Below the pieces are notes generated by a model. That model did no database searches. It worked only from the letters and a program-made list of their open reading frames with translations, and was not told the origin of the DNA. The position numbers were made by a program, and so were the translations under genes. 64,000 nucleotides of DNA from an uncultured Verrucomicrobiota bacterium. GTDB taxonomy: Bacteria; Verrucomicrobiota; Verrucomicrobiia; Limisphaerales; UBA9464. Shown piece by piece: positions 25,436-33,816 of this stretch. Position 1 is the first letter of the stretch, and each line of letters begins with the position of its first letter. The stretch lies in the NCBI GenBank assembly GCA_903916195.1, contig CAIWVP010000148.1, forward strand, positions 10,396-74,395. The letters are read 5' to 3'.

Positions 25436-27213
25436 CCCGATCCCCCGCGAGTTCATCGGCCGCGAAAAGACGCACGGCACGCAAAGGAGTCGCTCGCGCT
25501 CTGCGTCCTACGCGTGTCGATTGCGGCGACGGCGTCACGGTGGAGCGCGGCGTGGGGTTCCGTTTGAAGGACGGCACCGTCCTGGTCTCCGACCACTACC
25601 ACCCTGCGGGCGACCGACCGGCGCCGACCTTGCTGGTCCGTCAACCTTACGGCCGCGACATCGCGACCACGGTCGTCTACGCGCATCCGGTCTGGTTCGC
25701 GCGCCACGGCTACAACGTGGTCATCCAGGACGTGCGCGGCCGGGGCGATTCTGGTGGACGCTTCTATCCCTTCCGGCACGAAGGCAAGGACGGCGCCGAG
25801 ACGATCGACTGGCTCGCCAAGCGTCCGGAATGCGATGGCCGCATCGGCATGTACGGCTTCTCCTATCAGGGGACGACCCAGCTGCTCGCCGCCGCCGAAC
25901 GGCCCGAGGCGCTCCGATGCATCGCGCCGGCCCAGACGGCGGGCGATCTCTTCAACGGCTGGTTCTACCACCACGGCGTCCTGCGGCTTGCCGGTGCCAT
26001 CGGTTGGGCCACGCAGATGCTTCGCGGCGACGCCCACCATCTGGACCTGAAGAAGCCCGGTGCCGCCCTCGATGCCGCTTGGGCCCATCCCGCCGCCGCC
26101 TTCCAGGCCGCTCCCTACGGCGATCTGCCGCACCTGACCGCCAAGGGGCTTCCGACCTACTACCGCGATTGGATCACCCACCAGCAGCACGACGACTACT
26201 GGGCCGCGCTGGACCTGAGCCGCCGCTGGAGCGATATCGCGCTGCCCGCGCTCCACGTCATCGGCTGGTACGACATGTACCTGCACGGGAGCATCGACCT
26301 CTTCGAGAACCTCGTCCGCCACGCCGGCTCGGAGTCCGCCCGCGCGAACCAGTATCTCGTGGCCGGGCCGTGGCCCCACATCCCGTGGGGCAACCTCGTC
26401 GGGGAAGCGGACTTCGGCCCGAAGGCCCTGCTCGACACCGACGCGCTGCTGCTGCGCTGGTTCAACCACTGGTTGAAGGACTCGGGAGAGTTCGGCGCGG
26501 AACCGAAGCTCAACCTCTTCGCGATCGGCGCGGATGACTGGCATCAGCCGAAAAACTGGCCGGGGTTCTCGGCCACGCCGAAGCAGACCTGGTTCCTCCG
26601 CGGCGAGGACCGAGCGAACTCATCCAAAGGCGCCGGCCGGCTCTCGCTCGCGAAGCCCACAACGGAAGAACCCCGCGACACCTTCGTCCACGATCCGGAG
26701 GTCCCCGTCATGGCGCCCGGAGGTCCGGCGTCGATGCAGGGCTGCTTCGCCCAGAACCGCCTCGAACTCGGCAACAACCTGCTGGTCTATACCTCGCCGG
26801 AACTGACCGCGCCGGTCCACGTCTACGGTTCGCCCAAAGTCCGCCTGTTCGCCCGGTCGTCGCGCGACGAGACCGACTTCGTCGCCAAGCTGGTCAAGGT
26901 CGGCAAAGACGGGCGGGCGTTGAACATCTCCATCGGCGCGGCGCGGTCCTCGTTCCTCTTCCCGGACGGCACGCACAAGGCCGACACGGTGAACTGCTGG
27001 GAGTTCCCGCTGGAAGCGACGTCGTGCGTCTTCGCCGCGGGCGAACGCATCCGCATCGAGATCGCCAGCTCCGCCTTCCCCCTCTACGACCGGCATCCCG
27101 GCTCCGGCATCCACCCGGCCAAGGCCACGCCGCGGGATTGGAAGAAGGCCATGCAGCAGATCCTGCACACGCCCGACGCGCCGTCCTCCGTCGAGTTCGC
27201 CCTCGCCACCTGA
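25432..27213 (+). CDS. CocE/NonD-family hydrolase (X-Pro dipeptidyl-peptidase S15 fold)
   Basis: The conserved core is LKDGTVLVSDHYHP...LLVRQPYGRD...GYNVVIQDVRGRGDSGG...DGRIGMYGFSYQGTTQ, followed by a C-terminal beta-sandwich region. There is no in-frame ATG after the creatininase stop. The GTG at 25432 forms a GTGA overlap with that stop. A later in-frame GTG (V of the TVERG segment, around 25540-25550) is an alternative start. Confidence 0.8.
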   Translation: MTRSPASSSAAKRRTARKGVARALRPTRVDCGDGVTVERGVGFRLKDGTVLVSDHYHPAGDRPAPTLLVRQPYGRDIATTVVYAHPVWFARHGYNVVIQDVRGRGDSGGRFYPFRHEGKDGAETIDWLAKRPECDGRIGMYGFSYQGTTQLLAAAERPEALRCIAPAQTAGDLFNGWFYHHGVLRLAGAIGWATQMLRGDAHHLDLKKPGAALDAAWAHPAAAFQAAPYGDLPHLTAKGLPTYYRDWITHQQHDDYWAALDLSRRWSDIALPALHVIGWYDMYLHGSIDLFENLVRHAGSESARANQYLVAGPWPHIPWGNLVGEADFGPKALLDTDALLLRWFNHWLKDSGEFGAEPKLNLFAIGADDWHQPKNWPGFSATPKQTWFLRGEDRANSSKGAGRLSLAKPTTEEPRDTFVHDPEVPVMAPGGPASMQGCFAQNRLELGNNLLVYTSPELTAPVHVYGSPKVRLFARSSRDETDFVAKLVKVGKDGRALNISIGAARSSFLFPDGTHKADTVNCWEFPLEATSCVFAAGERIRIEIASSAFPLYDRHPGSGIHPAKATPRDWKKAMQQILHTPDAPSSVEFALAT

Positions 27214-27214
27214 G

Positions 27215-28045
27215 ATGACCGCCCCGCTTCCCACCTTGGCCGCCATCGAAGTCCCGGGACCGGGAACCCGGCCGTTCGTCTCCGTCACCGGTCTGACCAA
27301 GCGCTTCAGCAACGGCGTCACCGTGCTGGACGACGTATCGCTCGACCTCGCCCGCGGAGACTTCGTGAGCCTCATCGGCCCGTCGGGTTGCGGAAAGTCC
27401 ACGCTGCTCAAGCTCGTCTCCGGCCTCAGCCCCGCCTCGGGCGGCGGCATCACCGTGGACGGCATGACGCCGGAGAACGCGCGGGAGCTGATGTCCTTCA
27501 TCTTCCAGGACGCGACGCTGCTCCCGTGGCGGACGGTGATCGGCAACATCGTACTGGGCCTCGAACTGGAAGGCGGGACGACCCGGTCCCAACGCCGCGC
27601 CAAGGCGGTCGAACTGCTCGGGCTCGTCGGATTGTCCGACGTGGCGGACCACTATCCGCGCCAGCTCTCCGGCGGCATGAAGATGCGCGTCTCCATCGCC
27701 CGCGCGCTCGCCACGCGGCCGAAGCTGCTGCTGATGGACGAACCCTTCGGCGCGCTCGACGAGATGACGCGGGACCATCTGAACGAAGAGTTGCTGCGTC
27801 TGCGCGAGGAGCAGAAGTGGACGGCGCTCTTCGTCACCCATTCCGTGGCGGAGGCCGTCTTCCTTTCCACCCGGGTCGTCGTGCTCCAGGCCGGACCCGG
27901 GCGGATCCGCCGCGACATCGCGATCCCGTTCCCCTTTCCGCGCCTGCCGGACCTGCGGAGCGACCCGGCCTACCTCGATCTCGTCGGCCAGGTCTCGCAG
28001 GCGCTGCGCGACATCTGCATCGGACCGAAGGGAGGCGAGACGTGA
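27215..28045 (+). CDS. ABC transporter ATP-binding protein (NitT/TauT family)
   Basis: 276-aa ORF. It has Walker A (GPSGCGKST), the signature motif (LSGGMKMR) and Walker B (LLLMDEPFGALD). It starts 1 nt after the CocE/NonD stop. Confidence 0.9.
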   Translation: MTAPLPTLAAIEVPGPGTRPFVSVTGLTKRFSNGVTVLDDVSLDLARGDFVSLIGPSGCGKSTLLKLVSGLSPASGGGITVDGMTPENARELMSFIFQDATLLPWRTVIGNIVLGLELEGGTTRSQRRAKAVELLGLVGLSDVADHYPRQLSGGMKMRVSIARALATRPKLLLMDEPFGALDEMTRDHLNEELLRLREEQKWTALFVTHSVAEAVFLSTRVVVLQAGPGRIRRDIAIPFPFPRLPDLRSDPAYLDLVGQVSQALRDICIGPKGGET

Positions 28046-28833
28046 AGCGCTTCTTGTCCCAGCTCGGCTGGCCGATCGGCGTCTTCGTCGTGGTGATGGT
28101 CGCGTGGCATCTCGCCACAAAGGTCTTCGAGATCCCCGCCTACATCCTGCCCGACCCGCTGCGGGTCCTGGGCGCGGGGCTGGAGAAGCGGGCCAACCTG
28201 TTCTCGGCGGTCCGCATCTCGGCGGCGGAGGCCGGTCTCGGTTTCGTCGCCAGCGTGGTCGGCGGGGTGCTGGTCGCGTTCGTCCTCGCGCAATCGGTCG
28301 TCATCCGGCGGTGCATGTTCCCCTACACCATCCTGCTCCAGACCGTGCCGATCCTCGCCGTGGCGCCGCTGATCCTGATGTGGTTCGGCAGCGGGCTGAG
28401 GTCGATCATCCTCATCGTCTTCATCATCTGCCTCTTCCCGATCATCGCGAACACGACGCAGGGCCTGATCAGCGTGGACCGGAATCTCCTGGACCTCTTC
28501 CGCATGGGCAACGCCTCGCGCGCGCAGACGCTGTCCAAGCTCCGTTTCCCGCACGCCATCCCGAACTTCTTCGTCGGTCTGCGCATCTCCAGCGGCCTCT
28601 CGGTCATCGGCGCGTTCACCGGCGAGATGTTCGCCAGCTCCAGCGCGGTGGGCGAGGGCGGCCTCGGCTACTCGATCATCTACGCCAACAGCCAGCTCCA
28701 GACCGACTACCTGTTCGCGCTGGTCATCGCCTGCGCGGCGCTGGGCTCGTGCTTTTTCTTCACCGTCGTCTTCTTCGAGTGGCTCTTCCTCCACCACTGG
28801 CACGCGTCCGCCATGAGACCGGATCCCGAATAA
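28042..28833 (+). CDS. ABC transporter permease (NitT/TauT family, BPD_transp_1)
   Basis: The GTG at 28042 is in frame with track ORF 27388..28833 and forms a GTGA overlap with the ATPase stop. The protein has six hydrophobic segments. The EAA-like loop is LDLFRMGNASRAQTLSKLRFPHAIPNFFVGLR. Confidence 0.85.
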   Translation: MKRFLSQLGWPIGVFVVVMVAWHLATKVFEIPAYILPDPLRVLGAGLEKRANLFSAVRISAAEAGLGFVASVVGGVLVAFVLAQSVVIRRCMFPYTILLQTVPILAVAPLILMWFGSGLRSIILIVFIICLFPIIANTTQGLISVDRNLLDLFRMGNASRAQTLSKLRFPHAIPNFFVGLRISSGLSVIGAFTGEMFASSSAVGEGGLGYSIIYANSQLQTDYLFALVIACAALGSCFFFTVVFFEWLFLHHWHASAMRPDPE

Positions 28834-28837
28834 TCCC

Positions 28838-29659
28838 ATGCTCCGCCAACGCTCATCCGACGGCTGGCACCTGATCCGCCATCCCGACCACGCCAAGCTG
28901 GCAGGCGAGTTCGCCAAGCACTGGGGCAACGACCTCTTCCGTCCGCCCGAGCCGCGCGACGACGTCATCCACGGCATCGCCAGCCACGACGACGGCTGGG
29001 CCGAGCGCGACCAGAAACCGCTCGTCACCCGTGCCGGCAAGCCCAGCGCCTTCGGTGCGGACCTCGTCGGCCGGTACACCGCCTTCGAGGAGATCGACCT
29101 CCAGGACTACCTCGGCGTGCGCGGCAACGCGCTCGAGGTCGTCGCGCACCGCAACCCCTACGCGGCCATCCTCATCTCGATGCACACCTGCAACCTGCTC
29201 ACCGAGCACGCCGACAGGACCACCATCAGGCCGACCGAATTGCCGTTGCTCGACGCCTTCGTGGCCCAGCAGACCGACAGGCAATGGGAGCTGAGAGCCG
29301 TCTGCGGCGATTCGGGGAAGTACACCGACATCGCTTTGTCGGCCGAGATGTTGCGCCAGCACTTCTGCCTGCTGCAGGCCTGCGACAACCTCTCGCTCCT
29401 ATCGTGCGTCGATTTCGACGGCCCGGCCTCGTTGCTGCACGCCTTGCCGACCCAGGACGGCGGTTTCCGGACGGTGGCGGTGAAGCGGGTCGGACCACGT
29501 CGCTTCAGCTTGGATCCGTATCCGTTCGACCAGGCGTCGATGAGCTTCCCGATCCCGGCCCGTCGCGTGCACGGGGAGACGTTCGCCCAAGTGACCGAAC
29601 TTCAGGCCCGGTACGCTGCGGCGCCGGAAGAAACCCTCATCGTGGAGATCGTGGGATGA
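28838..29659 (+). CDS. hypothetical protein, DUF3891-like with HD-like metal motif
   Basis: 273-aa ORF with ATG at 28838, 4 nt after the permease stop. The N-terminal pattern WHLIRHPDHAKLAGEFAKHWGN...IHGIASHDDGW resembles what I recall of DUF3891 and HD-type phosphohydrolase motifs. The family assignment is from memory only. Confidence 0.5.
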   Translation: MLRQRSSDGWHLIRHPDHAKLAGEFAKHWGNDLFRPPEPRDDVIHGIASHDDGWAERDQKPLVTRAGKPSAFGADLVGRYTAFEEIDLQDYLGVRGNALEVVAHRNPYAAILISMHTCNLLTEHADRTTIRPTELPLLDAFVAQQTDRQWELRAVCGDSGKYTDIALSAEMLRQHFCLLQACDNLSLLSCVDFDGPASLLHALPTQDGGFRTVAVKRVGPRRFSLDPYPFDQASMSFPIPARRVHGETFAQVTELQARYAAAPEETLIVEIVG

Positions 29660-31419
29660 AGACACGTTCCTTTTTCGCCCTCCTGTTCGCCTTGGCGCTG
29701 GTGCCCACCGCGGCGCAGGCCGCCCAGAAGCTCATCCCCGTGACCATGCAGCTCGACTGGAAGCCGAACGTCCAGTTCGCCGGGCTGCTGTTGGCGAAGG
29801 AGAAGGGCTACTACGCCGAGGCGGGTCTCGACCTGACCCTCCGTCCGGTCGGCACGGAGATGAAGGTGGCCGAGGACGTCGCCACCGGCACCCACTGGAT
29901 CGGCTGTTCCGAGAGCGGCGTCCTCATCAACGCCCGCGCCGAGGGGCTTCCCATCAAGGCGTTCGCCACCATGTTCCAAGGCAGCCCTTTCTGCCTGATG
30001 AGCCTGAAGCCGAAGGGCATCACCGAGCCGAAGCATCTCGTCGGCAAGACGCTCGGCGTGCATCCCGACGCCAACAAGGCGCTCGACATCGTCCTCGCCC
30101 ATGCCGGCGTGGACCGGTCGAAGATGACCTGCATCGACGTCGAGCACAGCATCCAGCCGTTGATCAGAGGCGAGGTCGATGTGCTCATGGGCTATCTCAT
30201 CGACGAAGCCGTGGCGCTGGAGACGGCCGGCCACGCCATCAACGTCATCCCCGGCTACGACCACGGCTACGTGGCCTACTCGCAGGTCTATTTCACCAGC
30301 GAGGAGTTGCTGAGGCGCGACCCCGGGCTCGTGCAGAAGTTCCTCGAAGCGTCGAACCGCGGCTGGCGGGAGGCGTTCAAGGACATCCCGGCCACGGCCA
30401 GGTTCGTCGTCGGGAAGTTCATGCCCGGCGCGGACCTGAAGTATCAGACCCGGTCGCTGGAGAAGATCGCGGCCATCTCGGCCCGCGAGACCGGAGCCGA
30501 ATGGCTCGGCACGATGAGCTGGGACCGTTGGGTGGAGATGTGCGTCGTGTTCGACCAGTCGAAAGTCTTGAAGAAACCCGTCACGGCCGGAGAGATGACC
30601 GACTTCTCGGTCCTTGCCTCGGTCTATCGGCCCGTCATCGCGACCTTCACCAATTCGCTCGGACAGAAGTTCGTCCCGCTTCCCGGGACCGGCGCGCGCA
30701 TGGCCATCTGGGAGACACGGCTGAAAGATTTCCGCACGTTCGTCGAGGAGACGAGGCACGACGCCACGGCCGGGATGTCCACGCTGGGCGCAGAGGACCA
30801 CGACTGGCTGCCGGACGGGCACACGTGGAAGGACCCCGGTTTCCCGCAGACGGAAGACCATCCGGTCGTCGGCGTGGACTGGTACGACGCCGACGCCTTC
30901 TGCCGTTGGCTGACCCACAAGGAACGCAAGACGGGCACCATCGGTCCGAAGATGGCCTATCGACTTCCGACCGACCTCGAATGGAGCGCGGCCATCGGAT
31001 CGGACCAAGAGGCCGGCAGGACGCCGGAGGAACGGCTTTCGAACGGGCGGGAAGTCTATCCGTGGGGCGCTTTCTGGCCGCCGCCGAAAGATTTCGGCAA
31101 CTATGCCGGGACAGAATCCGCCGCCGGCAAACCTTCGTGGTGGGGAACGATCCCCGGCGGCTATGAGGACAAGTTCGCGCGCAGCGCGCCGGTGGGGAGC
31201 TTCGCGCCCAACCGGCTCGGGATATACGATCTCTCGGGCAACGTGTGGGAATGGTGCGAGGACGCCTACACCACCTCATCCATCGCCAAGATCATCCGGG
31301 GAGGCTGCTGGGGAAGCGATCGTCCGGCCTACCTGCTCTCGACCCGACGGAACAACGTCTTCCCCAAGATGAGGAACGACGAGACCGGCTTCCGCGTCGT
31401 GCTGGCCGGGTCGAAATGA
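29656..31419 (+). CDS. fusion protein: NMT1/THI5-like periplasmic binding domain + FGE-sulfatase (SUMF1/EgtB/PvdO-like) domain
   Basis: The ATG at 29656 forms an ATGA overlap with the previous stop.
- Signal peptide: MKTRSFFALLFALALVPTAAQA.
- aa ~25-320 resemble the other two binding proteins (IPVTMQLDWKPNVQFAGLLLAKEKGYYAEAGLDL).
- aa ~331-587 carry FGE-domain hallmarks (MAIWETRLKDFRTFV, HPVVGVDWYDADAFCRWL, YRLPTDLEWSAA, GIYDLSGNVWEWCED, IIRGGCWGS, GFRVVL). Confidence 0.8.
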   Translation: MKTRSFFALLFALALVPTAAQAAQKLIPVTMQLDWKPNVQFAGLLLAKEKGYYAEAGLDLTLRPVGTEMKVAEDVATGTHWIGCSESGVLINARAEGLPIKAFATMFQGSPFCLMSLKPKGITEPKHLVGKTLGVHPDANKALDIVLAHAGVDRSKMTCIDVEHSIQPLIRGEVDVLMGYLIDEAVALETAGHAINVIPGYDHGYVAYSQVYFTSEELLRRDPGLVQKFLEASNRGWREAFKDIPATARFVVGKFMPGADLKYQTRSLEKIAAISARETGAEWLGTMSWDRWVEMCVVFDQSKVLKKPVTAGEMTDFSVLASVYRPVIATFTNSLGQKFVPLPGTGARMAIWETRLKDFRTFVEETRHDATAGMSTLGAEDHDWLPDGHTWKDPGFPQTEDHPVVGVDWYDADAFCRWLTHKERKTGTIGPKMAYRLPTDLEWSAAIGSDQEAGRTPEERLSNGREVYPWGAFWPPPKDFGNYAGTESAAGKPSWWGTIPGGYEDKFARSAPVGSFAPNRLGIYDLSGNVWEWCEDAYTTSSIAKIIRGGCWGSDRPAYLLSTRRNNVFPKMRNDETGFRVVLAGSK

Positions 31420-32219
31420 GGCGCATGCACCGCACCATCCGCATCCTGCACTTCTCGCCGAGCACCGCGACCGGGCGGCACGACAGCCATCGCGCCTGCC
31501 TCGGCATCGTCCGCTCCGCGCAGGAAGCGGTCGTCGGACTCGGTCTCGGACACCGGGTGGAACTGATCTGGGCGCTGCCCGCGATCACCTCCAAGGAAAA
31601 GGTCCGGGCGCTGCTCGAGGGCGGCGACGTGCTCGTCGTGGCCACGCCGACCTACGGCCAAGGATCGCCTTGGTTCGTCCGGAAATTCTTCGAGCTGACC
31701 ACCGGCTGCCCGATCTGGGGCAAGCCGGCCACGGCCTTCGCCACGTCGGGCGGGAACCACACCGGCGGCGAGACGGCCGTGGGCGATTGCCTGCGAAGCC
31801 TCCAGGGGATCGGCGCCGCGACCTTCAGCTTCGCGCAGAAGACGCTCGTCTTCGGCACGAACCAAAAGTTTGCCCACGATGGCGAGTTCGACCTGGTCGA
31901 CGTCTGGTTCATGCGCCAGTTCGGCCGGACACTCCTGCTCCACGCCGTCCTCCGCGACGCGCCCGACGCCGGAGCCGAAACGGCCCGGCGCCTCGGCCTG
32001 CGGACGGATTACTACGAAGACTTCCCGTCCCGGACGGCGGCGGCACAGCAGCTCGGCGCCCTGTGCGACGCGCTGAACGCCCCGTTGCACGGCGGCCCTG
32101 CCGCCTACGGCGAGTGGTCGCGTCAACTGGGCCAAGATTGCGCTCCGCCGGATGCCGGCCGGCTCGGTTTCGCCGACCTGCTGCCGGCCCCGCTCGACCG
32201 GTCACACCCACCGAAATGA
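31416..32219 (+). CDS. flavodoxin-like (WrbA-like fold) protein, cytoplasmic paralog of 13344..14231
   Basis: The ATG at 31416 forms an ATGA overlap. There is no signal peptide (MRRMHRTIRILHFSPSTATGRHDS). VLVVATPTYGQGSPWFVRKFFELTTG...ATSGGNHTGGETAVGDCLRSLQGIGAATF aligns by eye with 13344..14231 over most of its length. Confidence 0.55.
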   Translation: MRRMHRTIRILHFSPSTATGRHDSHRACLGIVRSAQEAVVGLGLGHRVELIWALPAITSKEKVRALLEGGDVLVVATPTYGQGSPWFVRKFFELTTGCPIWGKPATAFATSGGNHTGGETAVGDCLRSLQGIGAATFSFAQKTLVFGTNQKFAHDGEFDLVDVWFMRQFGRTLLLHAVLRDAPDAGAETARRLGLRTDYYEDFPSRTAAAQQLGALCDALNAPLHGGPAAYGEWSRQLGQDCAPPDAGRLGFADLLPAPLDRSHPPK

Positions 32220-32980
32220 AGACCCCGACCCTGGATTCCCCGACGCCCCCAACGGACACCGGACCCGTCAGCCGGTCGCCCATCGACCTCACGGAGCTGG
32301 TGACCGGCTGCATGACCGCCGCCGTGGTGATCCATCTGCTGATGGCGTCCGCCGGCGGCAACCTTCTGCTGCCGTGGCTCGGCCGGCTGTTCGCGGAGCC
32401 GCCGAAGCCCAAAGTCGAGAAGAAGGAGGTCGCCGAGGTCGAGCTCGTGGAAGCGGTCGTCGCCGAGCCGCCGCCCCCTCCCCCGCCGCCTCCTGCGGAC
32501 CAGCCGCCGCCGCCACCCGATGCCCTGCCGGCTCCGACCGAACCGCAGTTGCAGGCGCCGGTGCTCAGCACTCCGGTGGAGATCCCGGACCGCGCCCCGT
32601 TGCCGGTCCTTCGCCAGATCGCCCCCGTCCCGTCGACGGCGGTCACGACCCGCACCGTTCCCGCGCCCTACGTGCCCGGACCGGCGACGACCGCACCCGT
32701 CACCACGGCCGCACCGCGGACGGTCCAAGCACGGTTCTACCAGCGCAACGAACCCGTCTATCCCTACGAGGCGCGCAAGCGCCGGTTGCAGGGCACCGTG
32801 GTCCTCGAAGCGGTGTTCGGCGCGGACGGACGGCTGGTCGGATTGGAGGTCAAGCAGAGCTCGGGACATCCCATGCTCGACAAGGCCGCGGTGGCCCACG
32901 GGACGCAGAGTTTCTACTCCACGACGGGACAAGCCGAGCGGGTGCTGATCCCCGTCGAATTCCGCCTGATCACCCTCTGA
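32216..32980 (+). CDS. tonB: energy transducer TonB
   Basis: The ATG at 32216 forms an ATGA overlap. The protein has an N-terminal TM helix and a poly-proline spacer (EPPPPPPPPPADQPPPPPD). The C-terminal TonB_C domain reads YPYEARKRRLQGTVVLEAVFGADGRLVGLEVKQSSGHPMLDKAAV...IPVEFRL. Confidence 0.8.
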   Translation: MKTPTLDSPTPPTDTGPVSRSPIDLTELVTGCMTAAVVIHLLMASAGGNLLLPWLGRLFAEPPKPKVEKKEVAEVELVEAVVAEPPPPPPPPPADQPPPPPDALPAPTEPQLQAPVLSTPVEIPDRAPLPVLRQIAPVPSTAVTTRTVPAPYVPGPATTAPVTTAAPRTVQARFYQRNEPVYPYEARKRRLQGTVVLEAVFGADGRLVGLEVKQSSGHPMLDKAAVAHGTQSFYSTTGQAERVLIPVEFRLITL

Positions 32981-33064
32981 AATGGACATGGACGCCCCCG
33001 ACCCTTTCCCGGCTCGCCGTCACCGCCACGTCCCGACCGATGCCGTTTCTTCCTCCCGGATCCA

Positions 33065-33616
33065 ATGAAAGCACTCCATCTGATCAATTCCGTCGGCATC
33101 CTCGTCGTCACCGGCCTCTGCGTCGTGCAATGGCGTGTGGACCAGCGGCTCACCGGCGAGGTCGCCTCGCTCGAAAGCAAACGGCGCCAGCAGGACGGCG
33201 TGGTCACCGAACAGACCGGCCAGTTGGAACGCCTGCGGACCGAGCTCACCGTCGTGCAGGAGCGCTTCAACGGCGCCAGCGGCCGGATTGAAAAGGCCGA
33301 GAGCAGCCTGGCCGAGGCGCGGCAGCAGGTCCGCCTGGCTTCGTCGGAGCGGGACCAGCTCAAGGACAGCGTCACCCACTGGATGTCCGCGGTCACCCAG
33401 CGCGACGAGCGGATCAAGGAAGGCAACACCCAGATCCGCAAGCTGGCCGACGACCTCACCGCTTCTGTCATCAAGTTCAACCAGCTGGCGACGAACTACA
33501 ATGTGACCGTCCTACAGCTCAACGAAGTGGTCACCAACCGGAACGATCTGGCCACCCGCTATGACAGCCTCGTCGAAGAAGTGAACAAGGCGCGGGAAAA
33601 AGCGGCGAAGAACTGA
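33065..33616 (+). CDS. hypothetical membrane-anchored coiled-coil protein
   Basis: 183-aa ORF with an N-terminal TM helix (INSVGILVVTGLCVVQW). The rest is continuous heptad-like Glu/Arg/Leu/Gln-rich sequence. I recognise no family. Confidence 0.5.
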   Translation: MKALHLINSVGILVVTGLCVVQWRVDQRLTGEVASLESKRRQQDGVVTEQTGQLERLRTELTVVQERFNGASGRIEKAESSLAEARQQVRLASSERDQLKDSVTHWMSAVTQRDERIKEGNTQIRKLADDLTASVIKFNQLATNYNVTVLQLNEVVTNRNDLATRYDSLVEEVNKAREKAAKN

Positions 33617-33816
33617 CCGATCCCCGCCGCGCGGTGGCTCTGGCGCCCGCCATGCACGGCGGTGGGTCGTTACACCTCGTCCACAACCCGGACCGGAAGC
33701 ATCGCCTCAAAGAGGCCGGGAAGCTCCAGTCGGACATCCGGACCGCTACGCCAGCGGGAAAGCAGCCCGGCAAGCCATGGCGAAGGCGCCAGGTGCCGAT
33801 GGAAGCACCCCTGTCG

